A stretch of 64,000 nt of DNA. Origin: an uncultured Thermoleophilia bacterium (lineage in GTDB: Bacteria > Actinomycetota > Thermoleophilia > UBA2241). Position 1 is the first letter of the stretch. Each line of letters begins with the position of its first letter. The stretch lies in NCBI GenBank assembly GCA_963715985.1, contig CAVQSP010000014.1:448001-512000 (forward strand), read 5' to 3'. A program made the translations under genes and the position numbers. A model generated the notes under the pieces. That model saw nothing but the letters and a program-made list of their open reading frames with translations. It had not been told where the DNA came from and made no database searches. This document shows, in pieces, positions 9,846-20,821 of this stretch.

Positions 9846-11915
9846 ATGAACGACCCAGCCAAGATCAGGAACATCGCTCTCGTCGGCCATCGCGGCACCG
9901 GCAAGTCGTCTCTGTTCGAGGCGCTGCTGTTCGACGCCGGTGCCGTCACGCGTCTGGGTTCAGTGTCCGACGGGTCCACGGTCTCCGACTGGGACGAGGA
10001 CGAGAAGAAGCGCCAGATGAGCCTCTCGGCCGGTCTGGCGCATGTGGACCGCGGCGGTCTCTCGTACAACCTCATCGATACCCCCGGCGACTCCAGCTTC
10101 CTCGCCGACGCCATCGCCGCCCTCCAGATCGTGGAGACGGCGCTCGTGGTCGTGAACTCCGTGCAGGGCGTCGAGGTGCAGACCGAGCGTCTCTGGGCGC
10201 GCGCGGAGGAGCGCGGTCTGGCCCGCGTGGTGTACTGCAACATGCTGGACCGTGAGCGCGCCGACTTCGACCACGCTCTTGACCTGCTGCATCAGTCGTT
10301 CGGCGCCCAGGTGGTCGCCGCGCAGCTGCCGGTCGGCAAGGAGCACGATTTCAGCGGCGTCGTCGACCTGCTCTCCATGAAGGCGTACATGTACCAGGGC
10401 GGCAAGGCCACGCAGACCGACGTGCCGGCCGACCTCGCCGAGGCCGCCGCTGTGGCCCGCGACAAGCTCATCGACGCCGTCGCCAGTACCAACGACGACC
10501 TTGCCGAGAAGTACCTCATGGAAGAGGAGATCACGGAGACGGAGCTCAACGCCGCCTTCGCCGCCGCCGTCGCCGCCGGCCAGCTGTTCCCCGTGGCCTG
10601 CGGTTCGGCCACCGCCAACATCGCCGTCGACCACCTCTTCGACGTCCTCGCCCTCGCCCCGTCCCCGGCCGACGAGCCGGTCCCCATGGCCATGGCCGGC
10701 GAGTCCGAGGCGCAGCTCGAGTGCGACCCGGCCAAGCCCGCCGTCGCCTTCGTCTTCAAGACGCTCGCCGACCCCTTCAGCGGCCATGTCAACGTGTTCC
10801 GCGTGTTCCAGGGCACGGTGAGCAGCGACTCGCAGCTCGCCGTGGCGCGCGACGGCCACAAGGAGCGCCTGGGCCAGCTGCTCAAGACCATGGGCAAGGA
10901 GAACAAGCCCACGGACAAGCTCGTGGCCGGAGACATCGGCGCCATCGCCAAGCTCAAGGACGTCGTCACCGGCGACACCCTCTGCGAGAGCAGCTTGATC
11001 AGCTTCCCCGCGATCGCCTTCCCGGCGCCGCTCATGAGCTTCGCGATCACGGCCAAGAGCAAGGGCGAGGAGGACAAGGTCATCACCGCCCTCCGTCGCC
11101 TCTCGGAAGAGGATCCCATGCTCGAGGTGCACCGCGATGACCAGACCGGCGAGATGATCGTCGGCGGCATGAGCCAGGTGCACGTCGAGGTCACCGTGGA
11201 GCGCATGAAGCGCCGCTTCGGCGTGGAGGTCGAGCTCAAGCCGCCGCGTGTGCCGTACCGCGAGACCGTCAAGGCCTCGGCCAAGGCGGAAGGCAAGCAC
11301 AAGAAGCAGACCGGCGGCCGTGGCCAGTTCGCCGACACGTGGATGGAGGTAGGCCCGCAGCCGCGCGGCGTCGGGTTCGAGTTCGTCGACAAGATCGTCG
11401 GCGGTGCCATCCCGCGCAACTTCATCCCCGCCGTGGAGAAGGGCGTTCGCGCCGCCATGGCCGAGGGCTTCCTCGCCGGCTACCCCGTGGTCGACGTGCG
11501 GGTCGAGCTGTACGACGGCAAGTTCCACCCCGTGGACTCCAGCGACATGGCCTTCCAGATCGCCGGCTCCCTCGGCTTCAAGGCCGCGGCCGAGAAGGCC
11601 CAGCCCGTGCTCCTCGAGCCCATCATGAACGTGGAGATCACCGTGCCGGAGGAGAGCGTCGGCGACATCATCGGCGACCTCAACTCGCGCCGCGGCCGGG
11701 TGCTCGGCACAACGCCGCGCGGCCACTCCAACGTGGTCGGCGCCGAGGTGCCGCTCGCCGAGATGCTCAGCTACGCCCCGGACCTCACCTCAATGACCGG
11801 CGGACGCGGCGACTACCACATGGAGTTCCTGCGCTACGAAGAAGTGCCGGCCCACATGGCGCAGAAGGTCATCGACCAGGCCAAGGCCGAGAAGGAAGAG
11901 GCGCAGAAGAGCTGA
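9846..11915 (+). CDS. fusA2: Elongation factor G paralog (EF-G2 type)
   Basis: Full five-domain EF-G (KKQTGGRGQF, VDSSDMAF) with divergent G motifs (GHRGTGKS, DTPGD, NMLD); not in the str operon. Confidence 0.9.
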   Translation: MNDPAKIRNIALVGHRGTGKSSLFEALLFDAGAVTRLGSVSDGSTVSDWDEDEKKRQMSLSAGLAHVDRGGLSYNLIDTPGDSSFLADAIAALQIVETALVVVNSVQGVEVQTERLWARAEERGLARVVYCNMLDRERADFDHALDLLHQSFGAQVVAAQLPVGKEHDFSGVVDLLSMKAYMYQGGKATQTDVPADLAEAAAVARDKLIDAVASTNDDLAEKYLMEEEITETELNAAFAAAVAAGQLFPVACGSATANIAVDHLFDVLALAPSPADEPVPMAMAGESEAQLECDPAKPAVAFVFKTLADPFSGHVNVFRVFQGTVSSDSQLAVARDGHKERLGQLLKTMGKENKPTDKLVAGDIGAIAKLKDVVTGDTLCESSLISFPAIAFPAPLMSFAITAKSKGEEDKVITALRRLSEEDPMLEVHRDDQTGEMIVGGMSQVHVEVTVERMKRRFGVEVELKPPRVPYRETVKASAKAEGKHKKQTGGRGQFADTWMEVGPQPRGVGFEFVDKIVGGAIPRNFIPAVEKGVRAAMAEGFLAGYPVVDVRVELYDGKFHPVDSSDMAFQIAGSLGFKAAAEKAQPVLLEPIMNVEITVPEESVGDIIGDLNSRRGRVLGTTPRGHSNVVGAEVPLAEMLSYAPDLTSMTGGRGDYHMEFLRYEEVPAHMAQKVIDQAKAEKEEAQKS

Positions 11916-12033
11916 CGGCAGCCCGGACGCTGCACAAAACTCCCCGCAAAGGTGAGCATTCCGCGGGGTCCGTACGCTGGTGGACCTGTGTCGCCGAGCG
12001 GTAGAATCAACGCAGTATCAGACGGAGGTCCCA

Positions 12034-12918
12034 GTGGCTGACATCGGCACGATGCGTGTGAAGAGCGGCCTCGCCGACATGCTCAAGGGCGGGGTCATCA
12101 TGGACGTCACCAACGCCGAGCAGGCCAAGATCGCCGAGGACGCCGGGGCCTGCGCGGTCATGGCGCTGGAGCGCGTGCCCTCCGACATCCGCGCCCAGGG
12201 CGGCGTGGCGCGCATGGCCGACCCTACGAAGATCCGTGAGATCCAGGAGTGCGTCTCCGTCCCGGTCATGGCCAAGGCCCGCATCGGTCACTTCGTCGAG
12301 GCGCAGATCCTGCAGTCTCTCGAGGTCGACTACGTCGACGAGAGCGAGGTGCTCACGCCGGCGGACGAGGCCAACCACATCAACAAGTGGAAGTTCAACG
12401 TGCCGTTCGTGTGCGGCGCCGTCAACCTCGGTGAGGCGCTGCGCCGCATCAGCGAGGGCGCCGCCATGATCCGCACCAAGGGTGAGGCCGGCACCGGCGA
12501 CGTCGTCGAGGCGGTGCGCCACATGCGCACCATCATGGGCGAGATCCGGCGCCTGCAGACGCTGGACGAGGACGAGCTCTTCGTCGCCGCCAAGACCCTG
12601 CCGGCGCCCTACGAGCTCGTCAAGTGGGTCGCCGAGAACGGCAAGCTGCCCGTCGTGAACTTCAGCGCCGGCGGCATCGCGACCCCTGCCGACGCCGCGC
12701 TCATGATGCAGCTCGGCGCCGAGGGCGTGTTCGTGGGCTCCGGCATCTTCAAGAGCGAGGATCCGCAGAAGCGCGCCAACGCCATCGTCAAGGCGGTCAC
12801 CAACTACCGGGACGCCGCCATCCTCGCCGAGGTCTCCGTGGGTCTCGGCGACGCCATGCCGGGTATCGACGCGGCGCGCCTGCCCGCCGAGGCCAAGATC
12901 CAGCATCGCGGCTGGTGA
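12034..12918 (+). CDS. pdxS: PLP synthase lyase subunit
   Basis: [41 protein letters not shown]. Confidence 0.98.
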   Translation: MADIGTMRVKSGLADMLKGGVIMDVTNAEQAKIAEDAGACAVMALERVPSDIRAQGGVARMADPTKIREIQECVSVPVMAKARIGHFVEAQILQSLEVDYVDESEVLTPADEANHINKWKFNVPFVCGAVNLGEALRRISEGAAMIRTKGEAGTGDVVEAVRHMRTIMGEIRRLQTLDEDELFVAAKTLPAPYELVKWVAENGKLPVVNFSAGGIATPADAALMMQLGAEGVFVGSGIFKSEDPQKRANAIVKAVTNYRDAAILAEVSVGLGDAMPGIDAARLPAEAKIQHRGW

Positions 12919-12930
12919 GAGAGAGCCCCC

Positions 12931-13671
12931 ATGAACGCCGGTAGCGGCACCCGCCGGCTCGACTGGATCCTCTCTCCCGAGCCCAGTCACGACCCGCGGG
13001 GTCCGGGCGCCGGCCTCACCGTCGGCGTGCTCGCCCTCCAGGGCGACTTCCGCGAGCACCGCGTGGCCCTGGAGAAGCTCGGCGTGCTCACCCGCGAGGT
13101 GCGCCTGCCGGAGCAGCTGGTCGGGCTGGACGGTCTGGTCATCCCCGGCGGCGAGAGCACCACCATGAGCAAGCTCATGCACGCATACGAGCTGGCCGAC
13201 CCCATCGCCGCCTTTCACGGCGGCGGCGGCGCCGTGTTCGGCACCTGCGCGGGTCTCATCATCGTGTCCCGCGACACGGTGGAGGGCATGCCGCCCACGC
13301 TGGGCCTCCTGGACGTCGTCGCGCGGCGCAACGCGTTCGGGCGCCAGGTGCGCAGCTTCGAGGCCGACCTGGAGGTCCAAAGCGTGGACGGGGGGCCCGT
13401 GCGCGCCGTCTTCATCCGCGCCCCGTGGATCGAGAGCGCGGGGCCGCAGGTGGAGGTCCTCGCGACGTGCGAGGGCCGCGCGGTCGCCGCTCGCCAGGGG
13501 CGCGTGCTGGTCACGGCGTTCCACCCCGAGCTCACCGCCGACACGCGAGTGCACGAGCTGTTCATCGAGCTGATCCGCCGGCAGGGCGTGGCGGGCGACC
13601 CGGAGGGTGCGGCGCGGCCGCGCGCTGCCGGCGAGCCCGGCCGGACTGTCGCGGCGCCAGTCAACTGCTGA
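12931..13671 (+). CDS. pdxT: PLP synthase glutaminase subunit
   Basis: GVLALQGDF, PGGESTT, GTCAG, FHPE. Confidence 0.96.
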   Translation: MNAGSGTRRLDWILSPEPSHDPRGPGAGLTVGVLALQGDFREHRVALEKLGVLTREVRLPEQLVGLDGLVIPGGESTTMSKLMHAYELADPIAAFHGGGGAVFGTCAGLIIVSRDTVEGMPPTLGLLDVVARRNAFGRQVRSFEADLEVQSVDGGPVRAVFIRAPWIESAGPQVEVLATCEGRAVAARQGRVLVTAFHPELTADTRVHELFIELIRRQGVAGDPEGAARPRAAGEPGRTVAAPVNC

Positions 13672-13687
13672 GAGAGGAGGGGTCCTC

Positions 13688-14437
13688 GTGTCCGGGCACT
13701 CCAAATGGGCCACCATCAAGCACAAGAAGGGCAAGACCGACGCCAGGCGCGGCAAGCTGTTCTCCAAGCTCTCGCGCGCCATCACAGTAGCCGCCCGTGA
13801 GGGCGGGTCCGACCCGACCATGAACATCTCGCTGGCCAACGCCATCGAGAAGGCCAAGGCCGAATCCATGCCCAAGGACAACATCGAGCGCGCCATCCAG
13901 CGCGGCGGCGGCGGCGCCGACGGCGAGACCTACGAGCACATCCTCTACGAGGGCTACGGCCCGGCCGGCGTGGCCATCATCGTCGAGGTGCTCACCGACA
14001 ACAAGAACCGTTCGGCCGCCGAGGTGCGCAATATCTTCTCCAAGCACGGCGGCCAGCTCGCGCAGCCGGGCGCGGTGGCCTGGGTCTTCGAGCGGCGCGG
14101 CTCCATCATGGTGGACGGCAGCAGGTTCGCCGAGGACGACATCATGACGGCCGCCATCGAGGCGGGCGCCGAGGACGTCGTGCAGGACGGCGACCAGTTC
14201 GACGTGCTCACGCAGCCGGCCGACTTCGCGGCCGTGCGGGACGCCATGGCGGCCGCGGGCATCGAGTTCGAGCAGGCCGAGCTCACGATGATCCCGAAGA
14301 ACACCGTCAAGCTCGAGGAGAACGACGCGCGCAAGACCATGAAGATCGTCGACGCGCTCGAAGACAGCGACGACGTACAGGAGGTCTTCGCCAACTTCGA
14401 CATCCCCGAGGACGTCCTCGAAAGCCTGGCCGAGTAA
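13688..14437 (+). CDS. yebC: YebC/PmpR family protein
   Basis: SGHSKWATIKHKK, YEGYGPAG, TDNKNR. Confidence 0.97.
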   Translation: MSGHSKWATIKHKKGKTDARRGKLFSKLSRAITVAAREGGSDPTMNISLANAIEKAKAESMPKDNIERAIQRGGGGADGETYEHILYEGYGPAGVAIIVEVLTDNKNRSAAEVRNIFSKHGGQLAQPGAVAWVFERRGSIMVDGSRFAEDDIMTAAIEAGAEDVVQDGDQFDVLTQPADFAAVRDAMAAAGIEFEQAELTMIPKNTVKLEENDARKTMKIVDALEDSDDVQEVFANFDIPEDVLESLAE

Positions 14438-14482
14438 CACGGCAGCGGCCGGCCACAGGCGCGGACGACGGGGGGAGCGCAC

Positions 14483-14998
14483 ATGATCGTCCTGGGGTTC
14501 GACCCCGGCACGGCGAGCACCGGCTGGGGCGTCATCGAGCAGAACGGCAACCGCCTGCGCTCACTCGGCCACGGCTGCATCGTCACGTCGGCCAAGGACC
14601 CCACGCACACGCGCCTGCGCCAGATCCACGACCAGGCGCGCGGGCTCATCAAGCGCTTCTCCCCGGACATCGTGGTGCTCGAGGAGCTCTTCGTGAACGT
14701 CAACGTCAAGACGGCGCTCGCCGTCGGCCAGGCCAAGGGTGTGCTGTACCTGGCCGCCTCGGACCTGCCCGCGGCTCCCGCCGAGTACTCACCGCTGCAG
14801 ATCAAGCTCGCCGTCACCGGGTACGGACGCGCCAGCAAGGTGCAGGTCCAGGAGATGACCAAGGTCATCCTGGGGCTCGAGCGCATCCCACAGCCGGATC
14901 ACGCCGCGGACGCCCTGGCGGTGGCCATCACCCACACCCACCACAACAGCGAGGCGTTCAACGCGGCCCTGCGGCGGGCCCCGGGCAGGCGGCCGTGA
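14483..14998 (+). CDS. ruvC: Holliday junction resolvase
   Basis: LGFDPG, LEELF, GYGRASK, DHAADALA. Confidence 0.96.
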   Translation: MIVLGFDPGTASTGWGVIEQNGNRLRSLGHGCIVTSAKDPTHTRLRQIHDQARGLIKRFSPDIVVLEELFVNVNVKTALAVGQAKGVLYLAASDLPAAPAEYSPLQIKLAVTGYGRASKVQVQEMTKVILGLERIPQPDHAADALAVAITHTHHNSEAFNAALRRAPGRRP

Positions 14999-15600
14999 TC
15001 GCCTCCGTGCGCGGCGCGCTGCGGCAGCTGGACGGCGAGCGCGCCGTCATCGAGGTCGGCGGCTTCGGCATCGAGGTGCTCGCCTCGGGGCGCACTTTGG
15101 GCTCGCTCTCCGGTCGCCTCGGGGATGAGGTGGCACTGCAGACGTACCTGCACGTACGCGAGGACGCCCTGCAGCTCTTCGGGTTCACGTCCGCGAGGGA
15201 GCGCACCTTCTTCCTCTGGCTCATCGGCGTCAGCGGAGTGGGGCCCAAGGTCGCGCTCGCGGTGCTGTCCGGGTACCCCGTGGAGGACCTGGAACTGGCG
15301 GTGGCGCGCGACGACGTCAAGAAGTTCGAGAGCATCCCCGGCATCGGCAAGAAGCTCGCCCAGCGGCTCGTGGTGGAGCTCGGCGACAAGGTGGGGGAGC
15401 TGCCGCCGGTGGGCGCCGCTGAGGCCGGCGGTACCGGCGGTCCGGCTCCGTCCGACTCCTTCCTCGCCGCGCGCTCGGCGCTCCAGAACCTGGGCCTCAC
15501 GTTGCGCGAGGCCGAAGAGGCTCTGCGCGGCGCGCCCGAGGGCGCGTCGCTTGAAGACCTCGTCAAGTTCGCGCTCACGCGGGACGGGGGCAAGACGTGA
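14995..15600 (+). CDS. ruvA: Holliday junction DNA-binding subunit
   Basis: [22 protein letters not shown] HhH motifs. Confidence 0.96.
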   Translation: MIASVRGALRQLDGERAVIEVGGFGIEVLASGRTLGSLSGRLGDEVALQTYLHVREDALQLFGFTSARERTFFLWLIGVSGVGPKVALAVLSGYPVEDLELAVARDDVKKFESIPGIGKKLAQRLVVELGDKVGELPPVGAAEAGGTGGPAPSDSFLAARSALQNLGLTLREAEEALRGAPEGASLEDLVKFALTRDGGKT

Positions 15601-16634
15601 GCCCGCGCCCGGACCGCATCGGCGACCCGGTGGAGCGCGCCGACGACCGCGACCTCGAGCTCGGCCTGCGGCCGCGCCGCTTCGCCGACTTCGTCGGCCA
15701 GCGCGCGGCCAAGGAGCAGCTCGAGATCTTCGTGCAGGCGGCCCGCAACCGCGGCGACACCCTCGACCACGTGCTCATCGCCGGACCTCCGGGCCTCGGC
15801 AAGACCACCCTCGCCGGCATCATCGCCACCGAGCTCGGCGTGGGCATGCACACCACCTCGGGGCCGGCGCTGGAGCGCAAGGTGGACGTCGCCGGGCTGC
15901 TCACCAATCTGCAGGAGGGCGACGTCCTCTTCGTCGACGAGATCCACCGCCTCAACGCCGCGGTCGAGGAGGTCCTCTATCCGGCCATGGAGGACTACGA
16001 GATCGACATCATGATCGGCGAGGGCCCCGCGGCACGCAGCATCCGCATGCAGGTACAGCCGTTCACGCTCATCGGGGCCACCACGCGCACCGGCCTGCTC
16101 ACCACACCGCTACGCGACCGCTTCGGCGTCTGGCAGCGCCTCGAGTACTACGAGATCGAGGAGCTCGCGCGCATCGTCCGGCGCTCCGCCGGCATCCTGG
16201 GCGTGACCATCGACGACGAGTCCGCCCTCGAGATCGCCGGGCGCTCACGCGGCACACCGCGTGTCGCCAACCGTCTGCTGAGGCGCGTGCGCGACTACGC
16301 CGAGGTGCGCCATGACGGCGTCATCGAGGTCCCCATCTGTCTGGACGCCCTCAAGCTCTTCCAGGTGGACGCAGAAGGGCTGGACAAGCTCGACCGCGAC
16401 ATCCTCTGTGCCATCGCGCAGAAGTTCGACGGCGGTCCGGTGGGTCTCGACACGCTCGCGGTCGCGCTCGGCGAGGAGGCCGACACGGTGATGGACGTCT
16501 ACGAGCCCTACCTGATCATGCAGGGCTTTCTCAAGCGCACGCCGCGCGGGCGCGTGCTCACGCGCTCGGGCTTCGCTCACTGCGGTCTCACTCCGCCGAC
16601 GGGTGCGGCCGGCACGTTGTTCGACGAGGCATAG
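15597..16634 (+). CDS. ruvB: Holliday junction branch migration ATPase
   Basis: [28 protein letters not shown]. Confidence 0.98.
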   Translation: MSPRPDRIGDPVERADDRDLELGLRPRRFADFVGQRAAKEQLEIFVQAARNRGDTLDHVLIAGPPGLGKTTLAGIIATELGVGMHTTSGPALERKVDVAGLLTNLQEGDVLFVDEIHRLNAAVEEVLYPAMEDYEIDIMIGEGPAARSIRMQVQPFTLIGATTRTGLLTTPLRDRFGVWQRLEYYEIEELARIVRRSAGILGVTIDDESALEIAGRSRGTPRVANRLLRRVRDYAEVRHDGVIEVPICLDALKLFQVDAEGLDKLDRDILCAIAQKFDGGPVGLDTLAVALGEEADTVMDVYEPYLIMQGFLKRTPRGRVLTRSGFAHCGLTPPTGAAGTLFDEA

Positions 16635-16645
16635 GCCGGCCGGTC

Positions 16646-17221
16646 GTGGACGACCTGCTTCTGCACGTGTGCTGCGGGCCTTGTTCCACGGTGGCAGTGC
16701 CGGCCTGGCGCGAGCGCGGCCTCGAGCCGGTGGCCTGGTTCCACAACCCCAACATCCAGCCGGCCGCGGAGCTGGAGCGCCGCCTCGAGACCATGCGGCG
16801 CTTCGCCCGCGCGGCCGGCCTCGAGCTCGTGGAGGAGCCGAGAATGGCCACCGCGGACGCCACCGCCTGGGCGGCATGGGCGAGCCGCCAGGTCACCGCG
16901 GCGCCGGATGTCCGGTGCGCCGCCTGCATCAGCTCGCGTATGGAGGCGGCCGCGGCGGCCGCGGAGCGCCTGGGCGTGCGCCGCTTCTCCACCAGCCTCA
17001 GTGTGAGTCCATACCAGCGGCACGACCTCATCGTGGCGGCCGGGGAAGAGGCGGGGTCCCGGCACGGCGTGGACTTCGCCTACCTCGACCTGCGCGCGGA
17101 CTTCCGCGCCAGCTACGCCGAGAGCCGGCGTCTGGACCTCTATCGCCAGTCGTACTGTGGGTGCGCCGCCAGCAAGTGGGAGGCCTGGCACGGGCGCCGG
17201 GCGCGGCGGGGGGCGGGATGA
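16646..17221 (+). CDS. queH: Epoxyqueuosine reductase (DUF208)
   Basis: LLHVCCGPC, NPNIQP, RCAAC, YRQSYCGC; adjacent to queA/tgt. Confidence 0.88.
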   Translation: MDDLLLHVCCGPCSTVAVPAWRERGLEPVAWFHNPNIQPAAELERRLETMRRFARAAGLELVEEPRMATADATAWAAWASRQVTAAPDVRCAACISSRMEAAAAAAERLGVRRFSTSLSVSPYQRHDLIVAAGEEAGSRHGVDFAYLDLRADFRASYAESRRLDLYRQSYCGCAASKWEAWHGRRARRGAG

Positions 17222-18297
17222 CCGCTTCCGGCGCCGCCGCGCTGCGCCTCGAGGACCTCGACTACGACCTGCCGCCGGAGCTTGTCGCGCAGCATCCGGC
17301 CGACCCGCGCGACTCGTCGCGACTGCTGATCTGGGACCGGCAGGCATCACTGCTCGCAGACCGCCGCTTCAGCGACCTGCCCGCCCTGCTGCGGCCCGGC
17401 GACGTGCTGGTGCGCAACGACACCCGCGTGTTCCCCGCGCGGGCCTTCTTCCGCCGCGCCACGGGGGGGCGCATCGAGGCGCTCTTCCTGCGGCCGGCGG
17501 GCGCAGCCGGCCCGGCCGGTCCGGAGGCCGCTTCCGGCGTCTGGGAGGTCCTTCTGCGAGGGCGCCCGCGTCCCGGCGAGACGCTCACCAGTGAGGCGCT
17601 CGGCGACGCCTGGCCGCTGGTCTGCCGGGAGCCTCTCGGCGACGGCCGCTGGACGGTGACCAGCGGCGCCTCCCGCGACGTCTTCGACCTCCTCGAGGAG
17701 GCGGGCGTCACTCCACTGCCGCCGTACATCCGTGAGGAGCTTGACGACCCCGGCCGCTACCAGACCGTGTACGCCCGCGTGCGCGGCTCCTCCGCCGCGC
17801 CCACCGCCGGCCTGCACTTCACCCCCGAGCTGGACGCGGCCCTCGCGAGCGCCGGCGTGACCATCGAAAGCGTGACGCTGCACGTGGGCCTGGGCACGTT
17901 CAAGCCGCTGCAGGAGGACGGTCTCGCGTCCGCGGAGCTGCACGCCGAGGTCTACGAGCTGCAGGCGGACGTCTGGAGCAGGCTGCTCGGCGCGCGCGCC
18001 GACGGCCGCCGCGTGGTGGCGGTGGGCACCACGTCGCTGCGCGTGCTGGAGCACGTGGCGGCCGCCGCCCTGACCGGGGAGGCGCCGCTGTGCGGCGAGA
18101 CCCGGCTCTTCATCCGCCCCGGCCACGAGTTCCTCGCCGTGGACGGGCTGGTGACCAACTTCCACCTGCCGCGCACCAGCCTGCTCGCCCTCGTCATGGC
18201 CTTCTGCGGCGTGGAGCAGACGCGCCACCTGTACGCGCACGCGGTGGAGCGACGCTACCGCTTCTACAGCTTCGGCGACGCCATGCTGGCCTTGTGA
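17218..18297 (+). CDS. queA: SAM:tRNA ribosyltransferase-isomerase
   Basis: [43 protein letters not shown]. Confidence 0.97.
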   Translation: MTASGAAALRLEDLDYDLPPELVAQHPADPRDSSRLLIWDRQASLLADRRFSDLPALLRPGDVLVRNDTRVFPARAFFRRATGGRIEALFLRPAGAAGPAGPEAASGVWEVLLRGRPRPGETLTSEALGDAWPLVCREPLGDGRWTVTSGASRDVFDLLEEAGVTPLPPYIREELDDPGRYQTVYARVRGSSAAPTAGLHFTPELDAALASAGVTIESVTLHVGLGTFKPLQEDGLASAELHAEVYELQADVWSRLLGARADGRRVVAVGTTSLRVLEHVAAAALTGEAPLCGETRLFIRPGHEFLAVDGLVTNFHLPRTSLLALVMAFCGVEQTRHLYAHAVERRYRFYSFGDAMLAL

Positions 18298-18344
18298 GCC
18301 GGCACGGTTACAACGCGCGGCCGGGCGCCCAGCCCGGCGCCCCC

Positions 18345-19464
<1,120 letters not shown>

Positions 19465-19469
19465 GCCGC

Positions 19470-19913
19470 ATGGGCGGAGGCGCGGCCATCATCATCTGGA
19501 TCCTGGTCTTCTTCGGGATCTTCTACTTCCTGGCCATCAGGCCTCAGCGCCGCCAGAAGGCGCAGCACTCCGAGATGGTGCAGATGCTCAAGCGTGGCGA
19601 CGAGGTCGTCACCATCGGCGGTATGTTCGGCACCGTCACCAAGATCGGCGACGACTGGGTAGAGCTCGAGATCGCCAAGCGCACCAAAGTCCGGTACCTC
19701 AAGCGCGCTGTCTCGTCGATCACCAACATCGTCGAGGACGACGAGGACGAGGACGAGTACATCGAAGCGGGCGAGGACGACGTCGTGGACGAGACGGAGG
19801 GCACCGCTGAGGTGGCCGACGAGGTCGACGAAGAGCCCGTCGCCGAGGCGGAGGACGAGGTGGTGGACGAGGTGCCGGACGCACCCGTCCCTCCCAAGGA
19901 GCCGTCCGCCTGA
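19470..19913 (+). CDS. yajC: Preprotein translocase subunit YajC with long acidic tail
   Basis: TM helix, [19 protein letters not shown]; RBS AGGAGG at 19455-19460. Confidence 0.92.
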   Translation: MGGGAAIIIWILVFFGIFYFLAIRPQRRQKAQHSEMVQMLKRGDEVVTIGGMFGTVTKIGDDWVELEIAKRTKVRYLKRAVSSITNIVEDDEDEDEYIEAGEDDVVDETEGTAEVADEVDEEPVAEAEDEVVDEVPDAPVPPKEPSA

Positions 19914-19951
19914 TTGCGCCGCCTCGAGCCTGGCAGTCATGAGTACTGAAC

Positions 19952-19984
19952 CGACGAGCCCTGCAGGCCCTGCAGGGCTCGTCG
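19952..19984 (+). terminator. Perfect 15-bp stem-loop after yajC
   Basis: CGACGAGCCCTGCAG-gcc-CTGCAGGGCTCGTCG; no U-tract. Confidence 0.6.
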
Positions 19985-20062
19985 CATTCGGGAGATGCAG
20001 GGATTCTTGCCTGCGGCCCGAACTGCGTTCTGACGTGGTGTCGACACAGGGGTAACGCTTTC

Positions 20063-20821
20063 ATGGCGCATGTCATCGCCTTCGCGAACCAGAAGGGCGG
20101 CGTAGCCAAGACCACCTCCACAGTGAACCTGGGGGCCGCCCTGCGTGAGCACGACCTGAGGGTGCTGGCCGTGGACATGGACCCCCAGGGCAACCTGACC
20201 ATGAGCCAGGGCATCGACACCGAGGGGCTCGAGAAGAGCATGTACGACGTCCTCGTGCACCGTCTGCCCATCGAGGACGTCATCTACGAGCGCGAGCTGG
20301 ATGTGGCGGCCGCCACCATCGACCTCGCCGGCGCCGAGATGGCGCTCGCGCAGATGATCGGCCGCGAGCGCGCCCTTCAGCGCGCCCTGGACCCCGTGCG
20401 CGAGCGCTACGACTACATCCTCATCGACACGCCTCCGTCGCTGGGGCTGCTCACCATCAACGCCCTCACCGCTTCAGAAGGCGTCATCGTGCCGGTACAG
20501 TGTGAGTACCTGTCGCTGAGGGGCCTGCTGCAGCTGGAGAGGACGCTGGAGATGATCCGCGAGAACCTCAATCCCGAAGTGCGTATCAAGGGCATCCTGC
20601 CGACGCTGTTCGACGCCCGCACGAGCCACGGCAGGGAGTCCATCGAGGTGCTGCGCGACAACTTCGGCCCGCTCGTGTTCGACACGGTGGTGCGCAAGAC
20701 CATCAAGTTCGCCGAAGCGCCGGTCATCGGGGCCTCGGTGCTCAAGTACGACCCCCGCGGCAGGGGGGCCGAATCGTACCGCGCCCTCGCGCGGGAGGTG
20801 CTGAATGGTCGATCGTCCTAG
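20063..20821 (+). CDS. ParA/Soj-family ATPase
   Basis: Deviant Walker [38 protein letters not shown]. Confidence 0.96.
   Translation: MAHVIAFANQKGGVAKTTSTVNLGAALREHDLRVLAVDMDPQGNLTMSQGIDTEGLEKSMYDVLVHRLPIEDVIYERELDVAAATIDLAGAEMALAQMIGRERALQRALDPVRERYDYILIDTPPSLGLLTINALTASEGVIVPVQCEYLSLRGLLQLERTLEMIRENLNPEVRIKGILPTLFDARTSHGRESIEVLRDNFGPLVFDTVVRKTIKFAEAPVIGASVLKYDPRGRGAESYRALAREVLNGRSS

Noticed and set aside
11940-12000. Hairpin CCCCGC...GCGGGG and a GTGGAC motif upstream of pdxS as a PdxR site or riboswitch
   Set aside because: Too short, not repeated, and no MocR-family regulator is present in the window.
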